64,000 bases of DNA, from positions 104,941,904 to 105,005,903 of the forward strand of contig NC_057717.1 in assembly GCF_004010195.1 (NCBI RefSeq), written 5' to 3'. Both the position numbers and the translations under genes were made by a program. The notes below the pieces were generated by a model. That model saw only the letters and a list, made by a program, of their open reading frames with translations. It ran no database searches and was not told where the DNA came from. Below, piece after piece: positions 1 to 13,429 of the stretch. Each line of letters starts with the position of its first letter. The stretch's first letter is position 1. This DNA comes from Chiloscyllium plagiosum (lineage: Eukaryota).

Positions 1-238
1 CTATGAGTCCAGAGATGGGTGAGCCCATGGGTGTGCCGTTGATTTGTTCATATATTTGATTGTTGAGTGTGAAGTGTGTTGTGAGGCACAGGTCCAGTAG
101 TTTGAGTATGCCGTCTTTGTTGATAGGTTCACCGTCATGTTGTCTGTTCTGTATGTCCAGCAGGTTGGCTATTGTTTCTCTGGCTAAGGTTTTGTCGATA
201 GAGGTGAACAGTGCCATTACATCGAATGAGACCATAGT
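1..238 (-). mobile_element. Penelope-like element (Poseidon-type) RT fragment, runs off the window edge
   Basis: Minus frame reads TMVSFDVMALFTSIDKTLA...IYEQINGTPMGSPISGLI, matching PLE RT motifs. Confidence 0.85.
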
Positions 239-2038
239 GCTACAAATGTGTTTGCTCAAGGATAGAAAGTGCAAAGTAAATTATAAAGCAAGGACTAGTT
301 TAGTGCATTGTAATCTGAATGTAAAGAAATACTGTACTGATATGACATGCCTCTCTAACCGGCAGTGAAAGAGGACATTAAGGTTCTGTCTCTTCCTGTG
401 ACTGGAACATCATCCATCTTATGCTGCACAATGAATGCCATTCTGGCTTGTGGCCAAAGACTGTCATACTATATATAACACAGTCATACAACCAATCAAT
501 AATAAAGTGAATCGAGCAATTTCAGCAGAGAAACAGCTGAACATGCTCATGTGCATCACCTTTCTGGGAATTATGGGGAGTGCTTGTTCCGGAGAAGTGT
601 TACAGAAAGAATGAAAGAAAATTCAAAATTTTAAAAAACAAAATAGCATGATGATTTTTGAGGGATATTATTTCCCAGTTTGTAGCTTTGCAATAACTGT
701 ACTAACCTAAAGCTAGATTTTAATTTCCCTTTGTCCTCTTCTGAATTATACTGAGGTGCAATTCAATGATCAACATTTCACAACTTATCCAAACATTCAT
801 TCTTCATTACAGCCTAAGAGGTTGAGTGTCCATTCAGCATCCACCATGCGGTAGTATCATGTCCAATCACATGTCCTTGATTGATAATAATTTTAATTGA
901 GTGGGAGGAGTTGCAAAATCAAACGTATTCTCCATTCTGGAAATGCAAATAAGATCAACGACACGAGCACAGCCCAGGGTTGGAATTGTCCATTAGAGAG
1001 TCTAATTCTGGCTCTAAACGTAGAAGAGAGAGTCACTGCTGCAGAGGGACTGATCAGGTTTTCTTCCACAATGATGTGATAGTTAGCTCATTACATATGC
1101 ATGTGGTTTTTGTACAACTACAATGAAGTATCTTAGAGGGCAATTCCAACCGGGATCATCAAGGGTTCAAGGTCCTGATGCCATATTTAAAGGCCACCTA
1201 GACATCCCTTCACTTATTACAGGTCAGCAGCACCCTTCAGTTTCACACTGAAAGGATGAACTGGCATAGCATTGATGCAATGTGCATCGGCAATAGCACA
1301 GAGGCATTCACTTTGAAAGATGCACCTTCTGGAATAAGTTCAGGGTTACAATTTGAAAGAAGTATCTGAAGATCTCTGATGCTTAGAAGGACTGCTGGAG
1401 ATCAGGACCTTGATCAGCCCCATACAGCTGACAAGCTTCTATTCTCCACCATAACATTCAAAGACAAACAAGGGAACATTAGGGAGAGGAAATCAGTCGA
1501 CAAGGTATAAGCTGTCTCAGTTGTGACTTTGGCATGCAAGGACTTACTGTGCTTCCAAGGAAAGGTGCCTTGAACATTCATGCTCAGCAGAACACATTGT
1601 GGTTGCCAGACTTGCACTTACACCTGAATGCCATCAATATAGCCATGTATACAATGACTACAAGGTGATCTCCCACCAGATGACCCTTCATTTCAAGGAG
1701 CTAGTGAAGTTCTATCATATACACAGAGAGGAGTTCCAGTCAGACACCCTGGAGGTTTCATCAGAGGATATTCAGAACTTCACCTTTGGCAAGGACCCCA
1801 TTCCTGCTGCAGGTCAGGACAAGGAGTCTATAGGTGCACTGTGCAGCAGACTGTCAGTTTGTTGGGGCCCTTTAAACCTCAAGCAAATTTATCACAGTCA
1901 ACGGGGTGTACCAGTCAAGAAGCTACCTTTAGAAACCAGCTGCAGATGTCAGGACTGCACTTAGACATAGTGATTACAAAGAAAGAACAACAAATGATCA
2001 GTGATGAGTATGCCTCATGTTATTATCATTACTAGGAA

Positions 2039-2240
2039 TGCGTGGGTTTCCTCCGGGTGCTCCGGTTTCCTCCCACAGTCCAAAAGATGTGTAGGGTCAG
2101 GTGAATTGGCCATGCTAAATTGCCCGTAGTGTTAGGTAAGGGGTAAATGTAGGGGTATGGGTGGGTTTCGCTTCGGCGGGTCGGTATGGACTTGTTGGGC
2201 CGAAGGGCCTGTTTCTACACTGTAATGTAATCTAATCTAA
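2039..2240 (+). mobile_element. HE1-type V-SINE, 5'-truncated, young subfamily
   Basis: gcgtgggtttcctccgggtgctccggtttcctcccacagtcc core and (TCTAA)n tail; near-identical to the copies at 19.1 and 39.1 kb. Confidence 0.9.
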
Positions 2241-2699
2241 TTCACAAGAGTATTTCAGCTCAGGAAAATAGCATTGTCAGATGAGGCAAGAATTAAAGAG
2301 AAAGTTCACTAGATTGTACAGAGTAGAGAGAGAATCTATTTGAGGAATAAAAAAAAGTGACCAGACTCTACAAATTGGAAAAATTAAAAATCTTTCCTCT
2401 AGCTAAGGGTTCCACAGCCAGATAAACAAATTCTCAGAATGAGAGGTAGACAATAAGGACTTAGTTTCTTTCAGGAGGATGGGATGTGAAGGATTGGAAT
2501 TGGCCCATTATAAGAGTACTGGAGGCACAGCCACTAGACACTCACTAATGCAACTTTAGAATTGTGGAAGAGAAATAGCTCCAGGACTACAGGGATAGCG
2601 GGGGAGTATGGTGATGAGTTCTATCAGCCATGATGTAGGTCAGTGGAGCATGCTCCAGACCTAATAATGCCCTTCTTTCTGCTCTCCATATGTCCTACC

Positions 2700-2930
2700 A
2701 TCTGCCTTACGAAGTTCTCTTCATGATTCTATTTACTGCATTTGTCATGGTGATGTAAGCTATAAAGCCAGGGTTTGATACTCTGTGGCATTCAAGGACC
2801 TCTGGCCAAGTCAATGATGGCCCTTTTGAAGCCATGTGCTGCATTGTACCTCTCCTTAACATCAATCAGAGATTCCTCAATGATGTCATCAGCTGGGTTT
2901 TCTGGAGGCAACCCTAGTTTCCCAGCTGCC
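2700..2930 (-). mobile_element. Decayed PIF/Harbinger (HARBI1-like) transposase remnant
   Basis: Minus frames give LGN*GCLQKTQLMTSLRNL...ERYNAAHGFKRAIIDLA, resembling LGDxGYPLxxWLMTP...ERYNxAHxxTRxxIE. Confidence 0.55.
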
Positions 2931-3015
2931 AACTCTGTAATCAACGAGGGAAACTGAAAACATTAGCCACTTGTGAGTGCACCAGAATATAGGAATCATG
3001 GAGAGGTCCTGATTG

Positions 3016-5290
3016 TTATACACAAACTTGAAGTGGTTACATGACAGCTGTAGATTAAGGGACTGTTTCCTGCTGACAAAGAGCCCAGGCTGACTTGTGG
3101 TGAATCTTTTTGTGAACTGAAAACAGTTTCTACTGGTGTTCCACAGGGGTCAGTCATAGAAGCTTTATAGCATGGAAAAAGGCCCTTCAAGTCCAAATCA
3201 TAAAGCATCTTTCAACTCTTATCCTACTTTCCAGCACTTGGCCCATAGCCTTGCATGCTATGATGATTCAAGTGCTCATCTAAATATTTATCAAATGTCT
3301 TGAGGGCTCCTAAAAAGGTGATAAAGGTGGAAGTGTGGTCCAGGTGAATCTTTAAATGTCTTGCTCTTTACCCTTAAACTGTGCTCGCTGGTTACTGACC
3401 CCTCTGCTAAAGAGAGAAGTTTCTCCTTATCTACAGCTCTCATAACTTTTAGAGATTATGGACAAATTATGACAGATACAAAACAGCAGATGCTTTAGAG
3501 GAATAACCCATGCCTCTCCAAGTGGAGATTAATTCTGTCCCTCAGAACATTTTTCCAATATTTTCTGTATCACTGACATTAGACTCAATGGATGTAGTTT
3601 CCTGGTTTATCCACATCACCTTTCTCGAAGACCCTTCATGTTCGCAGGCCTCTGGCACACTTCCTGTGATCTGACAGGATTTGAAAATTAATGTCAGAGC
3701 CCTGCAATCCATTCACTTGCCTTTCACAGCAACCTGGAATACATTTCATCCAAGGTTGGGGATTTATTCATTTTCAAGCCCACTAAAACCACAAATGTCT
3801 CCTCCCTCTCAATACTAATTTGCTGATTTCTATACCTACATTGTCTCAGCTATGCCTTATGGCTCCACACTTTAAAACGCCTTTGGATTTTTATTAATAT
3901 TACTCAACAGTGTTTTTTCATGTTCCCTCTTCAGCCTCCTAATTTCTATTTTAAGTAACGCCACGCACTTTCTGCACTCAAGGGCTTCTTCTGTTTTGTG
4001 CCCTAGGTATCTGTCACAATCTTTTTTTTATTCATTCACAGGATGTGGACATCGTTGGTTAGGGCAACATTTATTACCCATCCCTAATTGCCCAGCAGTT
4101 TCCTTTTTTTAAAGGACATTTGTGGGCGGCAGGGTGGCGCAGTGGTTAGCACTGCTGCCTCACAGCGCCAGAGACCCGGGTTCAATTCCCACCTCAGGCG
4201 ACTCTCTGTGTAGAGTTTGCACGTTCGCCGGGTGCTCCGGTTTCCTCCCACAATCCAAAAATGTGCAGGTTAGGTGAATTGGCCATGGTAAATTACCCGT
4301 AGTGTTAGGTGAAGGGGTAAATGTGGGCGAATGGGTCTGGGTGGGTTGCGCTTCGGCGGGTCAGTGTGGACTTGTTGGGCCGAAGGGCCTGTTTCCACAC
4401 TGTAATCTAATCTAATCTAATCTAAAATTAGGGAACCAGATAAATTGTTCCGACAATTGACAATTCCAATGGCAGCCATGGCATGATTTGAATCCAGGTC
4501 CCCAGAACATTACATGGGTCTCTGGATTAATAGTGTAGCGATAATACTACTAGGATAAACCTCCCTAGCTTCCTTTTTATCCTTAGTTAATCCTGTCTCT
4601 CCCTTGACATTGAAGATTCTCAGGACTTGTTGATCACACACTTCATTTTATGGGAACATATTGGCCCTGCACTGATACTTTCCTCTTTTGAACACCTCCC
4701 ACTGCTCAGATGTGTATATTCATGCAAGTTGCTGCTCCCAGTCCTCTTTGACTAGATTTTATATTAACACATTAAAATCAGCCTTCCTCTAATTCTGAAC
4801 TTTCATTTCAGATTCACCTTTATCCTTATCCATAATTACCTTAAATCTTGTTAATTATGGTCACTATCACTGAAATTCTTCCCCATTGAACATATCCACT
4901 ACTTGTCCAGCTTTGCTACCTCAAATTAAATTCAGTATTTTTGGAGGATTTTCTACGTGGGCTTAAAAGGCTATTCTCGATAAATTTTAAGAATTTCTTC
5001 CCCTCCAAGCATTTTACACTTTGTCAATTAAGTGTTAATACTGGGAAAGTTGAAATCCTACATTGGTATTATGATAAAATGTTTATACTTCTCTGAAATG
5101 TGCCTCTGAAATCTGTTTATCTGTCTTACCCTCACTGTTTGGAGGTTTATTATACACCTCCAACGAACTGATTACCCTTTTTTTTGAAGTTTGAGGAACC
5201 TTCTAAGATATCGTCCCTCATTAAAGTAGTAATTGACTCCTTAATCAATATTGTGATACCACATTCTCTTCCTCAGTATTGGGTCTCTTG
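3016..5290 (-). mobile_element. Old CR1/L2-type LINE fragments interrupted by SINEs
   Basis: Degenerate LINE 3' end (about 3160-3540) and ORF2-like antisense tracts (about 3580-4020 and 4560-5290). Boundaries approximate. Confidence 0.5.
4124..4425 (+). mobile_element. HE1-type V-SINE, near full length, nested in a minus-strand second-family tRNA SINE (about 4025-4565)
   Basis: tRNA-like head (tggcgcagtggttagc A box, ggttcaattcc B box), V-domain and (TCTAA)4 tail. Confidence 0.9.
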
Positions 5291-6230
5291 CTGTTTGGAG
5301 TATATATTCATGACTTGGACTTAAATATGGAGGCATTTGGGAAATCTGCAGCCAACACAAAAAATTAGCTGGATAGTTGATAGTGAAGAGGATGGCTGTG
5401 GATTGCAGGACGATATCAATAGTTTGGTTATTAGTGGAAAAGTAGCAAATGAAATTCAATCCAGTGAATTGTGAAATTATGCGTTTGAAGGAAAACAATA
5501 CAAAGGAATACATAATAAATGGGAAGGTACTGAGAGAGATAAAGAAAGTGAGAGATCTTAGAATGCAGGTCCAGGTCCTTCAATGAACCGAACAGGTAGG
5601 TAGGTTGGTTAAAAAGACATATGGATGTTTTTGGGTGAGGTTTGAGTACAAAAATAGGGATGTAATGATGCTAAAGAATACTGAAACTATGTAAAACACT
5701 GGTTAGGCCACAGCTGGATTTTGTGGATAGTTCTGGTAACCACACACAAGGACATAATTGTTCTGGAGAGTGTACAGAAAGATCTACAAGATGTTGCCAG
5801 GTCTTGAAAATTGCAATTCTGAAGGAAGATTGAATAGGTGAGAGTCATTTTGCTTAGAACAGAGGAAGCTGACAGACAACTGAATGGAGATGTACAAAAT
5901 ATTGAGGAGCTTGGAAAGAGTGGACAGAGAAGACTTGTATGACCTCGCACAAGCAGACAGTTGCCAAGGGAAACAGACTTAAAGGCGGTGATCAGTAGGA
6001 GATTTAGAAGGAACATGATGTAAGATCCACCGTACTGGTGGATCTCTGCCCAGTCTGGTGGTTGAAGTGGAAACAGTCAACTCATTTAAAAGGAATTTGT
6101 GTCTGCACTGAAATGTTGAAACCTGTAAGGTTATAGGCTAAGTACTGTAAAGTGTAATTGGAATGGGTTGTTTATTCGGCAGTCATAGATAACAGAATTG
6201 AAGAACCTCTTTCTGTCTGTAACTTTTCAA
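5290..6230 (+). mobile_element. Degenerate CR1 LINE 3' part
   Basis: Decayed W.M.FNP..CEIM and YKTLVRPQLDF motifs, followed by a 3' UTR-like segment. Confidence 0.65.
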
Positions 6231-6255
6231 TATGTGCAATCTATCAGACATAGAT

Positions 6256-6383
6256 TGTCTATGTGGAGTTTGTACATTCTCCCCGTGTCTGCGTGGGTTT
6301 CCTATGGATGCTCTGGTTTCCTCCCACAGTCCAAAGATGAGCAGGTTAGGTGAATTGGCCAAGCTAAAATTGCCCATAGTGTT
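6256..6383 (+). mobile_element. HE1-type SINE, 5' part; the 3' part is at 7369-7504
   Basis: SINE body stops at ...ttgcccatagtgtt and resumes as tgttgagggatgta... at 7367-7371. Confidence 0.8.
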
Positions 6384-6974
6384 ATAGAACATAGAAGAAT
6401 ACAGCGCAGTACAGGCCCTTTGGCCCTCGATGTTGCGCCGATCCAAGCCCACCTAACCTATACTAACCCACTATCCTCCATATACCTATCCAATGCCCGC
6501 CTAAATGCCCATAAAGAGGGAGAGTCCACCACTGCTACAGGCAGGGCATTCCATGAACTTACGACTCGCTGAGTGAAGAACCTACCCCTAAATTCAGTCC
6601 TATATCTACCCCCCTTAATTTAAAGCTATGCCCCCTTGTAATACCCGACTCCATACGCGGGAAAAGGTTCACACTGTCAACCCTATCTAACCCCCTAATC
6701 ATCTTGTACACCTCAATCAAGTCACCCCTAAAACTTCTTTTCTCTAATGAAAACAGCCCCAAGTGTCTCAGTCTTTCATCATACGATCTTCCTTCCATAC
6801 CAGGCAACATCCTGGTAAACCTCCTCTGCACCCGTTCCAGTGCCTCCACATCCTTCCTATAGTATGGCAACCAAAACTGCACACAATATTCCAGATGCGG
6901 CCGCACCAGAGTCTTATACAACTGCATCATGACCTCAGGACTCCGGAACTCAATTCCTCTACCAATAAAAGCCA
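6384..6974 (-). mobile_element. CR1 LINE 3' end (ORF2 C-terminus and UTR)
   Basis: ORF 6559-6975 reads LYKTLVRPHLEYCVQFW...LERVQRRFTRMLPG; short ttctatgttcta tail. Confidence 0.92.
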
Positions 6975-7182
6975 ATAAAATGAAATTCTATGAGCTGAAA
7001 AAGAAACTCTTGATATTTACTGACATTTTTAATAATATAATACACAATTATTTAAATTAAAGCTGTCCAGAAAAGTAATCAATGCTAATCAAGCATAATT
7101 TCCCATTGAAGCCGAACAAATTCATTCACAGCCATTCGCAGTTCTTTTGGGAGCCAGTAGAGTCATAATGGGTCAAATAGCT

Positions 7183-7368
7183 TAACTCACCTTCAATGCC
7201 ATATCTCCGTATTTTCTGCAGTAGCCTACCATGGGGAACCTTATCAAATGCCTTACTAAAATCCATATATACCACATCTACCGCTTTCCCCTCATCAACC
7301 TCCTTCGTCACCTTTTCAAAGAATTCAATAAGGTTTGTGAGGCACGACCTGCCCTTCACAAAACCATG
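7183..7368 (-). mobile_element. CR1 LINE RT fragment
   Basis: KGRSCLTNLIEFFE...VDVVYMDFSKAFDKVPH. Confidence 0.9.
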
Positions 7369-7504
7369 TTGAGGGATGTATAGTTTTGGTCAGGCGAAAT
7401 GTAGGGTAATGGGTCTGGGTGGGGTGCTCTTCGGAGGGGCAGTGTAGACTTGTTGGGCTGAAGGGCCTGTTTCCACACTGTAGGAATTCTAATTCTAATT
7501 CTAA
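7369..7504 (+). mobile_element. HE1-type SINE, 3' part
   Basis: gggctgaagggcctgtttccacactgtagg followed by an (AATTCT)n tail. Confidence 0.85.
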
Positions 7505-9491
7505 CATTGCACTTATAGGAAACCTGCAAATGCAGAACACTAGGGCATCTGGTCAGCATGAACAAGTTGGACCAAAGGGTCTGTTTCCATGCTGTACAGC
7601 TCTATGACAAGGATGCTTAATAATGTCTTTGTACTTTCTTGGACACAATAACAAGCTTCTCTTCAGTGAGGTTAAACCTAACTGTTGAACGCAGGCCCTG
7701 GCACGATGGACACGCTACCCACCCATCTTGAGCAACTAATTGAAGAAAATTAAGGTTCCAATCTCAGAAAATTTTGTTTTTCACCCAACTCCCAGAGATA
7801 AATCCAATCCAGCAACCAGCCCAGAAGATGCAGCATAGGACAAGCACATGTTACCATGTCTATTTCATCCTTCCCCGGACAGCATTCCTCCTCTCTCCAC
7901 TGATCCTTCTTCCATTATGCCACCTTTGCTTCATCCTGCCCCATGAGCACTGCAACTCTTCTCCCTCATGCTGCCATTCATGGAAGCTACATCACAACTC
8001 ACACATTCACACTGGTTTAAAATAAGCTGCATTTCTTGAAGAGCAAGCAGCCAGTATCTACTCCAAAGTACTCAAAAGAAGTCAATCTCACCTGATGCGT
8101 GCCACTACGTTATCTCACTTTCATCCTGCCCTCTACAGAAAACTTGACCCCAGAAACTGAACTTGCGATTATGTTTATTTGCATGGCTCAATAGTGCCAC
8201 AGCCAGTGCAGTTATCTACTTAATCATGGTATCGGTACTCAGCACTGGTTTCATCATGTAGTCGTTTGGCCAAATATTAAGAACATGCAGGTCCTCATGT
8301 TGTTAACTAGCTGTATAAGAAATAGTAAAAATATTTTCAGGGTATTCTGTTCAACAAAACAAGACTAAAATTTGAAATAAGAGATTAGCCTAAAATGTAA
8401 ATTCTTTCTAACCAGGACATTACACACTAATCTAAAATTTATGAAACAGATGTTGAAAATTTCTGGTATTACGAGAAAAACAGGAATGGGATGTTTTGCA
8501 AAATGGGATGATTTGATTCTATGATTGGCTATGCTTAATATAAATCTGACAATGTGCTACTTTATAAAGACACATGTTTCATGTCATGTGAAAAACAATG
8601 CAATTTTGTGCTATCAAGTTGAAGTTTGTCACTTAATGGTGATACATTTTAATTGTTATTGTTAAGCAAACACAAAGCTAGGATAAAGTGAATTTAATTG
8701 TTATTTGCTTTGGGAGACATCAGGATTGAAGATGATTGTAAATTCTGACTTCCTGTCAGGTATCTCCATTATAAAATGTTTTTGCCCTTTTTTATTTTGC
8801 ATCTGGAATAACAAGGGTGTTTTGAATAAGCAATTAAACTAGCTGACCTCCTGAGGCATTGCTCAATGATCTGACAGCAATGGGAGGGCAATATTGGAAG
8901 GATTATAGGGTAACAAGAGATGCACCTTCACAATAAAAGAATACAAACAACACTTCTGCCCATAAGTTGAAAACTCTCTTGCTTTTAAATTGGTTGCCAT
9001 AGAGTCAGTAATCAGCATTTTCCTCAGTCACTATAGATAAATACAATGGAGATGCATAAATACCTTTTCATATCAACATTCTTTTCAAATTCTTAGTATA
9101 AATTGAATAAAATACAGACTCCATCTCAGTCTCAAGAAGCCATGCTCTCGCGTGAGAAAGAAGTTATGAAGCTTTCCTATGAAATCTCACATCAAAAGAG
9201 ATTCTAAATTCATCCTTTAGCTTGTTTTAAAAAAAATTTTGAAACACATACTCACATAATATTATAATCTGAGGAAAGATTTATTTTCATGGTAGCAAAG
9301 CAAATCATGTGATGCTTGTTATGATTTTCCATGCTGGAAGCAGAAATTGACCCATAAACTTCTTTCTGCACAGATAATTGGTAACTTGGACAGATTTAAA
9401 ATCAGACCTGATATTTCAGAAATGATTAACTCTAACCATGATTTCTTTGATAAAGGGTAAGGCCTTAGAGAAACAAATCATTAATAAAGCT

Positions 9492-11278
9492 GTGACCATA
9501 ATACATTAAGCTTCAATCTGCAGTTTGAGAGGGAGAGGGTACAGTCGGAAGTGACAGTACTTCTGTTGAATAAAGGGAACTATAGAGCTATGAGGGAGGA
9601 GCTGTCCAAAGTTCAATGGTGCAATACCTTAGCAGGGATGACTGTGGAGGAACAATGGCGGATATTTCTGTGTATAATGCAGAAGTTGCAGGATCAGTTC
9701 ATTCCTAAAAGGAAGAAAGATCCCAGGAGGAGGCAGGGGCGGCCGTGGCTGACGAGGGAAGTAAAGAAACATATAAAGTTAAAAGAGAAAAAGTATAACA
9801 TAGCTAAGATAAGTGGGAAAACGGAGGACTGGGAAGCTTTTAAAGAGCAACAGAGGATTACTAAGAAGGAAATACGCAGAGGAAAAATGAGGTACAAAGG
9901 TAAACTGGCCAAGAATATTAAGGAGGATAGTAAAAGCTCTTTTAGGTATGTGGAAGGCAAAAAAATGGTTAGGACAAAAATTGGGCCCCTGAAGACAGAA
10001 ACAGGGGAATATATTACGGGGAACAAAGAAATGGCAGAGGAATTAAAAGGGTACTTCAGATCTGTGTTCACTGGGGAAGACACAAGCAATCTCCCTGAGG
10101 TAACAGTGGCTAAAGGACCTGAACTTAAGGGAATTTATATTTGCCAGGAATTGGTGATGGACAGACTGTTGGGTCTGAAGGTTAATAAGTCCCCAGGGCC
10201 TGATGATCTACATCCCAGGGTACTGAAGGAGGTGGCTCAGGAAATCGTGGATGCGTTGGTGATTATTTTCCAGAGTTCAATAGATTCGGGGTCGGTTCCT
10301 GAGGATTGGAGGGTGACTAATGTTATACCACTTTTTAAGAAAGGTGGGAGAGAGAAAGCAGGAAATTATAAACCCGTTAGTCTGACCTCAGTGGTGGGAA
10401 AGATGCTGGAGTCTATTATAAAGGAAGAAATTACTGCACATCTGGATAGTAGTAACAGGATAGGACAGAGTCAGCATGGATTTATGAAGGGAAAATCATG
10501 CTTGACAAATCTTCTGGTATTTTTTGAGGATGTAACTTTGAAGATGGACGAGGGANNNNNNNNNNNNNNNNNNNNNNNNNNNNNNNNNNNNNNNNNNNCA
10601 GGTACATCAGGTAGTGAAGAAGGCTAATAGCATGCTGGCCTTCATGACAAGAGGGATTGAGTATAGAAGCAAAGAGGTCCTTCTGCAGCTGTACAGGGCC
10701 CTGGTGAGACCACACCTGGAGTACTGTGTGCAGTTCTGGTCTCCAAATTTGAGGAGAGACATTCTGGCTATTGAGGGAGTGCAGCGTAGGTTCACAAGGT
10801 CAATTCCTGGAACGGCAGGATTACCTTACACTGAAAGACTGAAGCGACTGGGCTTGTATACCCTTGAGTTTAGAAGACTGAGAGGGGATCTGATTGAGAC
10901 AGATAAGATTATGAAATAATTGGACAGTCTGGCAGCAGGAAACATATTTCCGCTGATGGGTAAGTGCAGAACCAGAGGACACAGCTTAAAAATATGGGGT
11001 AGATCATTTAAGACAGAGATGAGGAGAAACTTCTTCACCCAGAGAGTGGTGGCTGTGTGGAATGCTCTGCCCCAGAGGGCAGTGGAGGCCCAGTCTCTGG
11101 ATTCATTTAAGAAAGAGTTGGATAGAGCTCTCAAAGATAGTGGAATCAAGGGTTATGGAGATAAGGCAGGAAGAGGATACTGATTAGGAATGATCAGCCA
11201 TAATCATATTGAATGGCAGTGCAGGCTCCAAGGGCTGAATGACCTACTCCTGCACCTATTGTCTATTGTCTATTGTCT
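9492..11278 (+). mobile_element. Young 5'-truncated CR1 LINE with an assembly gap
   Basis: Open ORF2 frame 9551-10554 (KSPGPDDLHPRVLKE, NYKPVSLTS, QHGFMKGKSCLTNL), C-terminal ORFs and a (CTATTGT)3 tail. N-gap at about 10555-10598. Confidence 0.95.
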
Positions 11279-11377
11279 GTTCAAAGATGCAAGAGGCAAC
11301 TTCATACATTATTTTCACCATGTTATTGTGAAATACATATATTTTTAAATTCTTCTCATTCAGTTAGATATGCAGCT

Positions 11378-11834
11378 TAACACCCAGCACCTCCTCATCA
11401 TGGTTAGATCCTCGGCATGCAACTCTTATACCTATTATGTTATGTCAGCCATTCAGTTTATCGCTAGCACGTTCTTATTTTTGATGTTTTTGTAATTACC
11501 TCTCGACCTTAATCAATCAGATCATAGATCACCCCTTTGTTTGCTGTAGAGCCATTTGACAGTTTTGATCACCTGAAAAGACTTGTTATTCAGCCTGTCG
11601 ACACTCCACTCAAACCATTGGTATTATCTTTTCATATTCGTAATTCCCTGAAATTATCTTGCAATGATCTCTCTGCCTATAAATTCTGTACCTGTGTGCT
11701 TCCCTCCACTTCACCTGATGAAGAAACAGCATTCCGAAAGATTGTGATCTCAAATAAACTTATTGGACTATAACTTGGTGTCATGTGACTTCTGACTTTG
11801 TCGACCCTAGTTTAACACCAGTACCCTCACATTA
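11378..11834 (+). mobile_element. PLE pseudo-LTR, family B
   Basis: Hammerhead-like core at 11711-11747, then aaataaac...ggactataacttggtgtc. Similar aacacc-agc/tacc motifs at both ends. Confidence 0.65.
11711..11747 (+). ncRNA. Degenerate minimal hammerhead ribozyme motif, family B
   Basis: tcac-CTGATGA-a-gaaacagcattcc-GAAA-gatt-gtga. Stem I tcac/gtga is intact; stems II and III carry mismatches. Confidence 0.6.
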
Positions 11835-12051
11835 CACCTTCCCTTCTTTAACTTGAAATGTTAACTGTTTTCTCTCTTCAATTCTTTCCTGACTTGTGGA
11901 GTATTTCCAGTATTTTCTGTTTTTATTTAAGATTTCCAGCATCACCAGCATTTTACTTTAGTGTCTGCAAAAGTAAACCATTTAAATCCATTATCCATAC
12001 CCTTTCCCCATATTCCTTTAAATTTCTCTTTGTCCAATTCCTTTTTTAAAA

Positions 12052-12205
12052 GTTAGATATAGCTAGCACTGAGGGCTAAAGGGATCAAAACAATATGAGT
12101 AGACAGTGGGGACAGGGTACTGAGTTGAATGATCAGCCATGACCATATTGAATGGTGAAACAGATCTGAAGGTCTGAATGGCCAACTCCTGTACATATTT
12201 TCTAT
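12052..12205 (-). mobile_element. CR1 3' UTR fragment (orientation uncertain)
   Basis: gatcagccatgaccatattgaatggtg...gaatggccaactcctg matches the 3' UTRs of CR1 copies in this window. The match reads on the + strand, so treat the strand call as tentative. Confidence 0.45.
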
Positions 12206-13019
12206 AATTTTATGTTTAAAAACCACTATAGATTCTACTTCCATCATTCTTCCTGCTCAGCCGTTCTATGCCCTATCATCTATGAAAATTTTGTTTGCAA
12301 AAGCTTCTAAATGAGTTTTTAAAAAATGAAAAACAATTAAATAATTCCACATTACATGTTAGTATAGGAAGGATTAAACTTAACAGAGCCATCTTTCAAT
12401 TAAGATTGTTGCTATACATTCTACTTTACACACTCAGCCCTTATACCAGTGTAAAATGATCTTAAAGGGGTGCTGACTCTTTCCAGAACATTATTCCATT
12501 TTGCCTTCAACTTGTACATGGAAATCACAGCAAAGCAAAGCCTGGGTTCTCATCGGTAATGTTATCTGTAATTGGCCTATGTATTCATTCATAGAATAAT
12601 TCTCTGTTTACATCTGCAAGGACAGAAACCTATATTTTGTATTTTACATTGTTCTCTTAAAATTATACATACTCTAACTCAAATTATTCACACAAGTATA
12701 AATAATACAAAAGTTCTGCATTTCTTTACACCATAGATGAATTGAAAACTTTATACTAGACACATTTTGAAAAATTAATTTTAGAATAAGCATAGAAAGC
12801 AAAAAATAACCATTTACAATGTTTCTCCAAGACTAAAGTCTCAGGAAAAAGCATTCAATTAAAATTAGGATTAAATTTATTTCCAAAGCAACAAATAAAA
12901 TTACAAAAAATTGAGGTCCAGAGCCAAGACCAAAACTCAGATTCAAATTCAAATTAATTGAAAGATTGAAATAATGTTGTCAGAAATACTTGCTGAAGTC
13001 AAGTCTCCTAGTTACTCAC

Positions 13020-13207
13020 ATCATACAAGAGATCAGTCCAGCCCTCCATGGTGATGCACTGGAATACAGTCAGCACAGCAAACAGGATGTTATCAAATTG
13101 TGTAATTCCATAATTTGGCCCTTCCCAGTATTCAGTGCAGTTCATTCCAACTGGACAGGTTCGAGCAGGAGAGTCTGTCCCACAAGGAGACTCACCCACT
13201 ATTTCAT
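13020..13207 (-). CDS. CACNA1A: Cav2 alpha-1 coding exon (exon 6 equivalent), domain I extracellular loop and pore loop, 188 bp
   Basis: cacttatcag|AT GAA ATA...TAT GAT|gtgagt encodes (N)[62 protein letters not shown], with the TMEGW selectivity filter. YWEGPN, GITQFD, FAVLTV and WTDLLY favour CACNA1A over CACNA1B/E (recalled human sequences). Confidence 0.92.
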
Positions 13208-13429
13208 CTGATAAGTGAACAAGACAATCTAATATTAGCATTTAAATACTGTAGTACTATACTCAAAACAGATTGATTAATTTCATTCAATTAAAGCCAC
13301 ATGGATCATTAAGAGTCATAAATAAAAATGTGCTGTTTCTAATGATATTTCAAAACTCTGTCTCATTCATTTCTCAATATTATTTGAAATCCTGAATCAG
13401 ATTCCAGTCTATAACTAACCTCACAACAT

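Noticed and set aside
9256..9268. Possible 13-nt micro-exon on the minus strand (ttcctcag|attataatattat|gtgagt)
   Set aside because: Not frame-preserving and no similarity to Cav2 exon 7; probably chance splice-like motifs. Only RNA-seq could rescue it.
10555..10598. Apparent internal deletion in the CR1
   Set aside because: It is an assembly gap whose N count is shorter than the missing RT segment, so it says nothing about biology.
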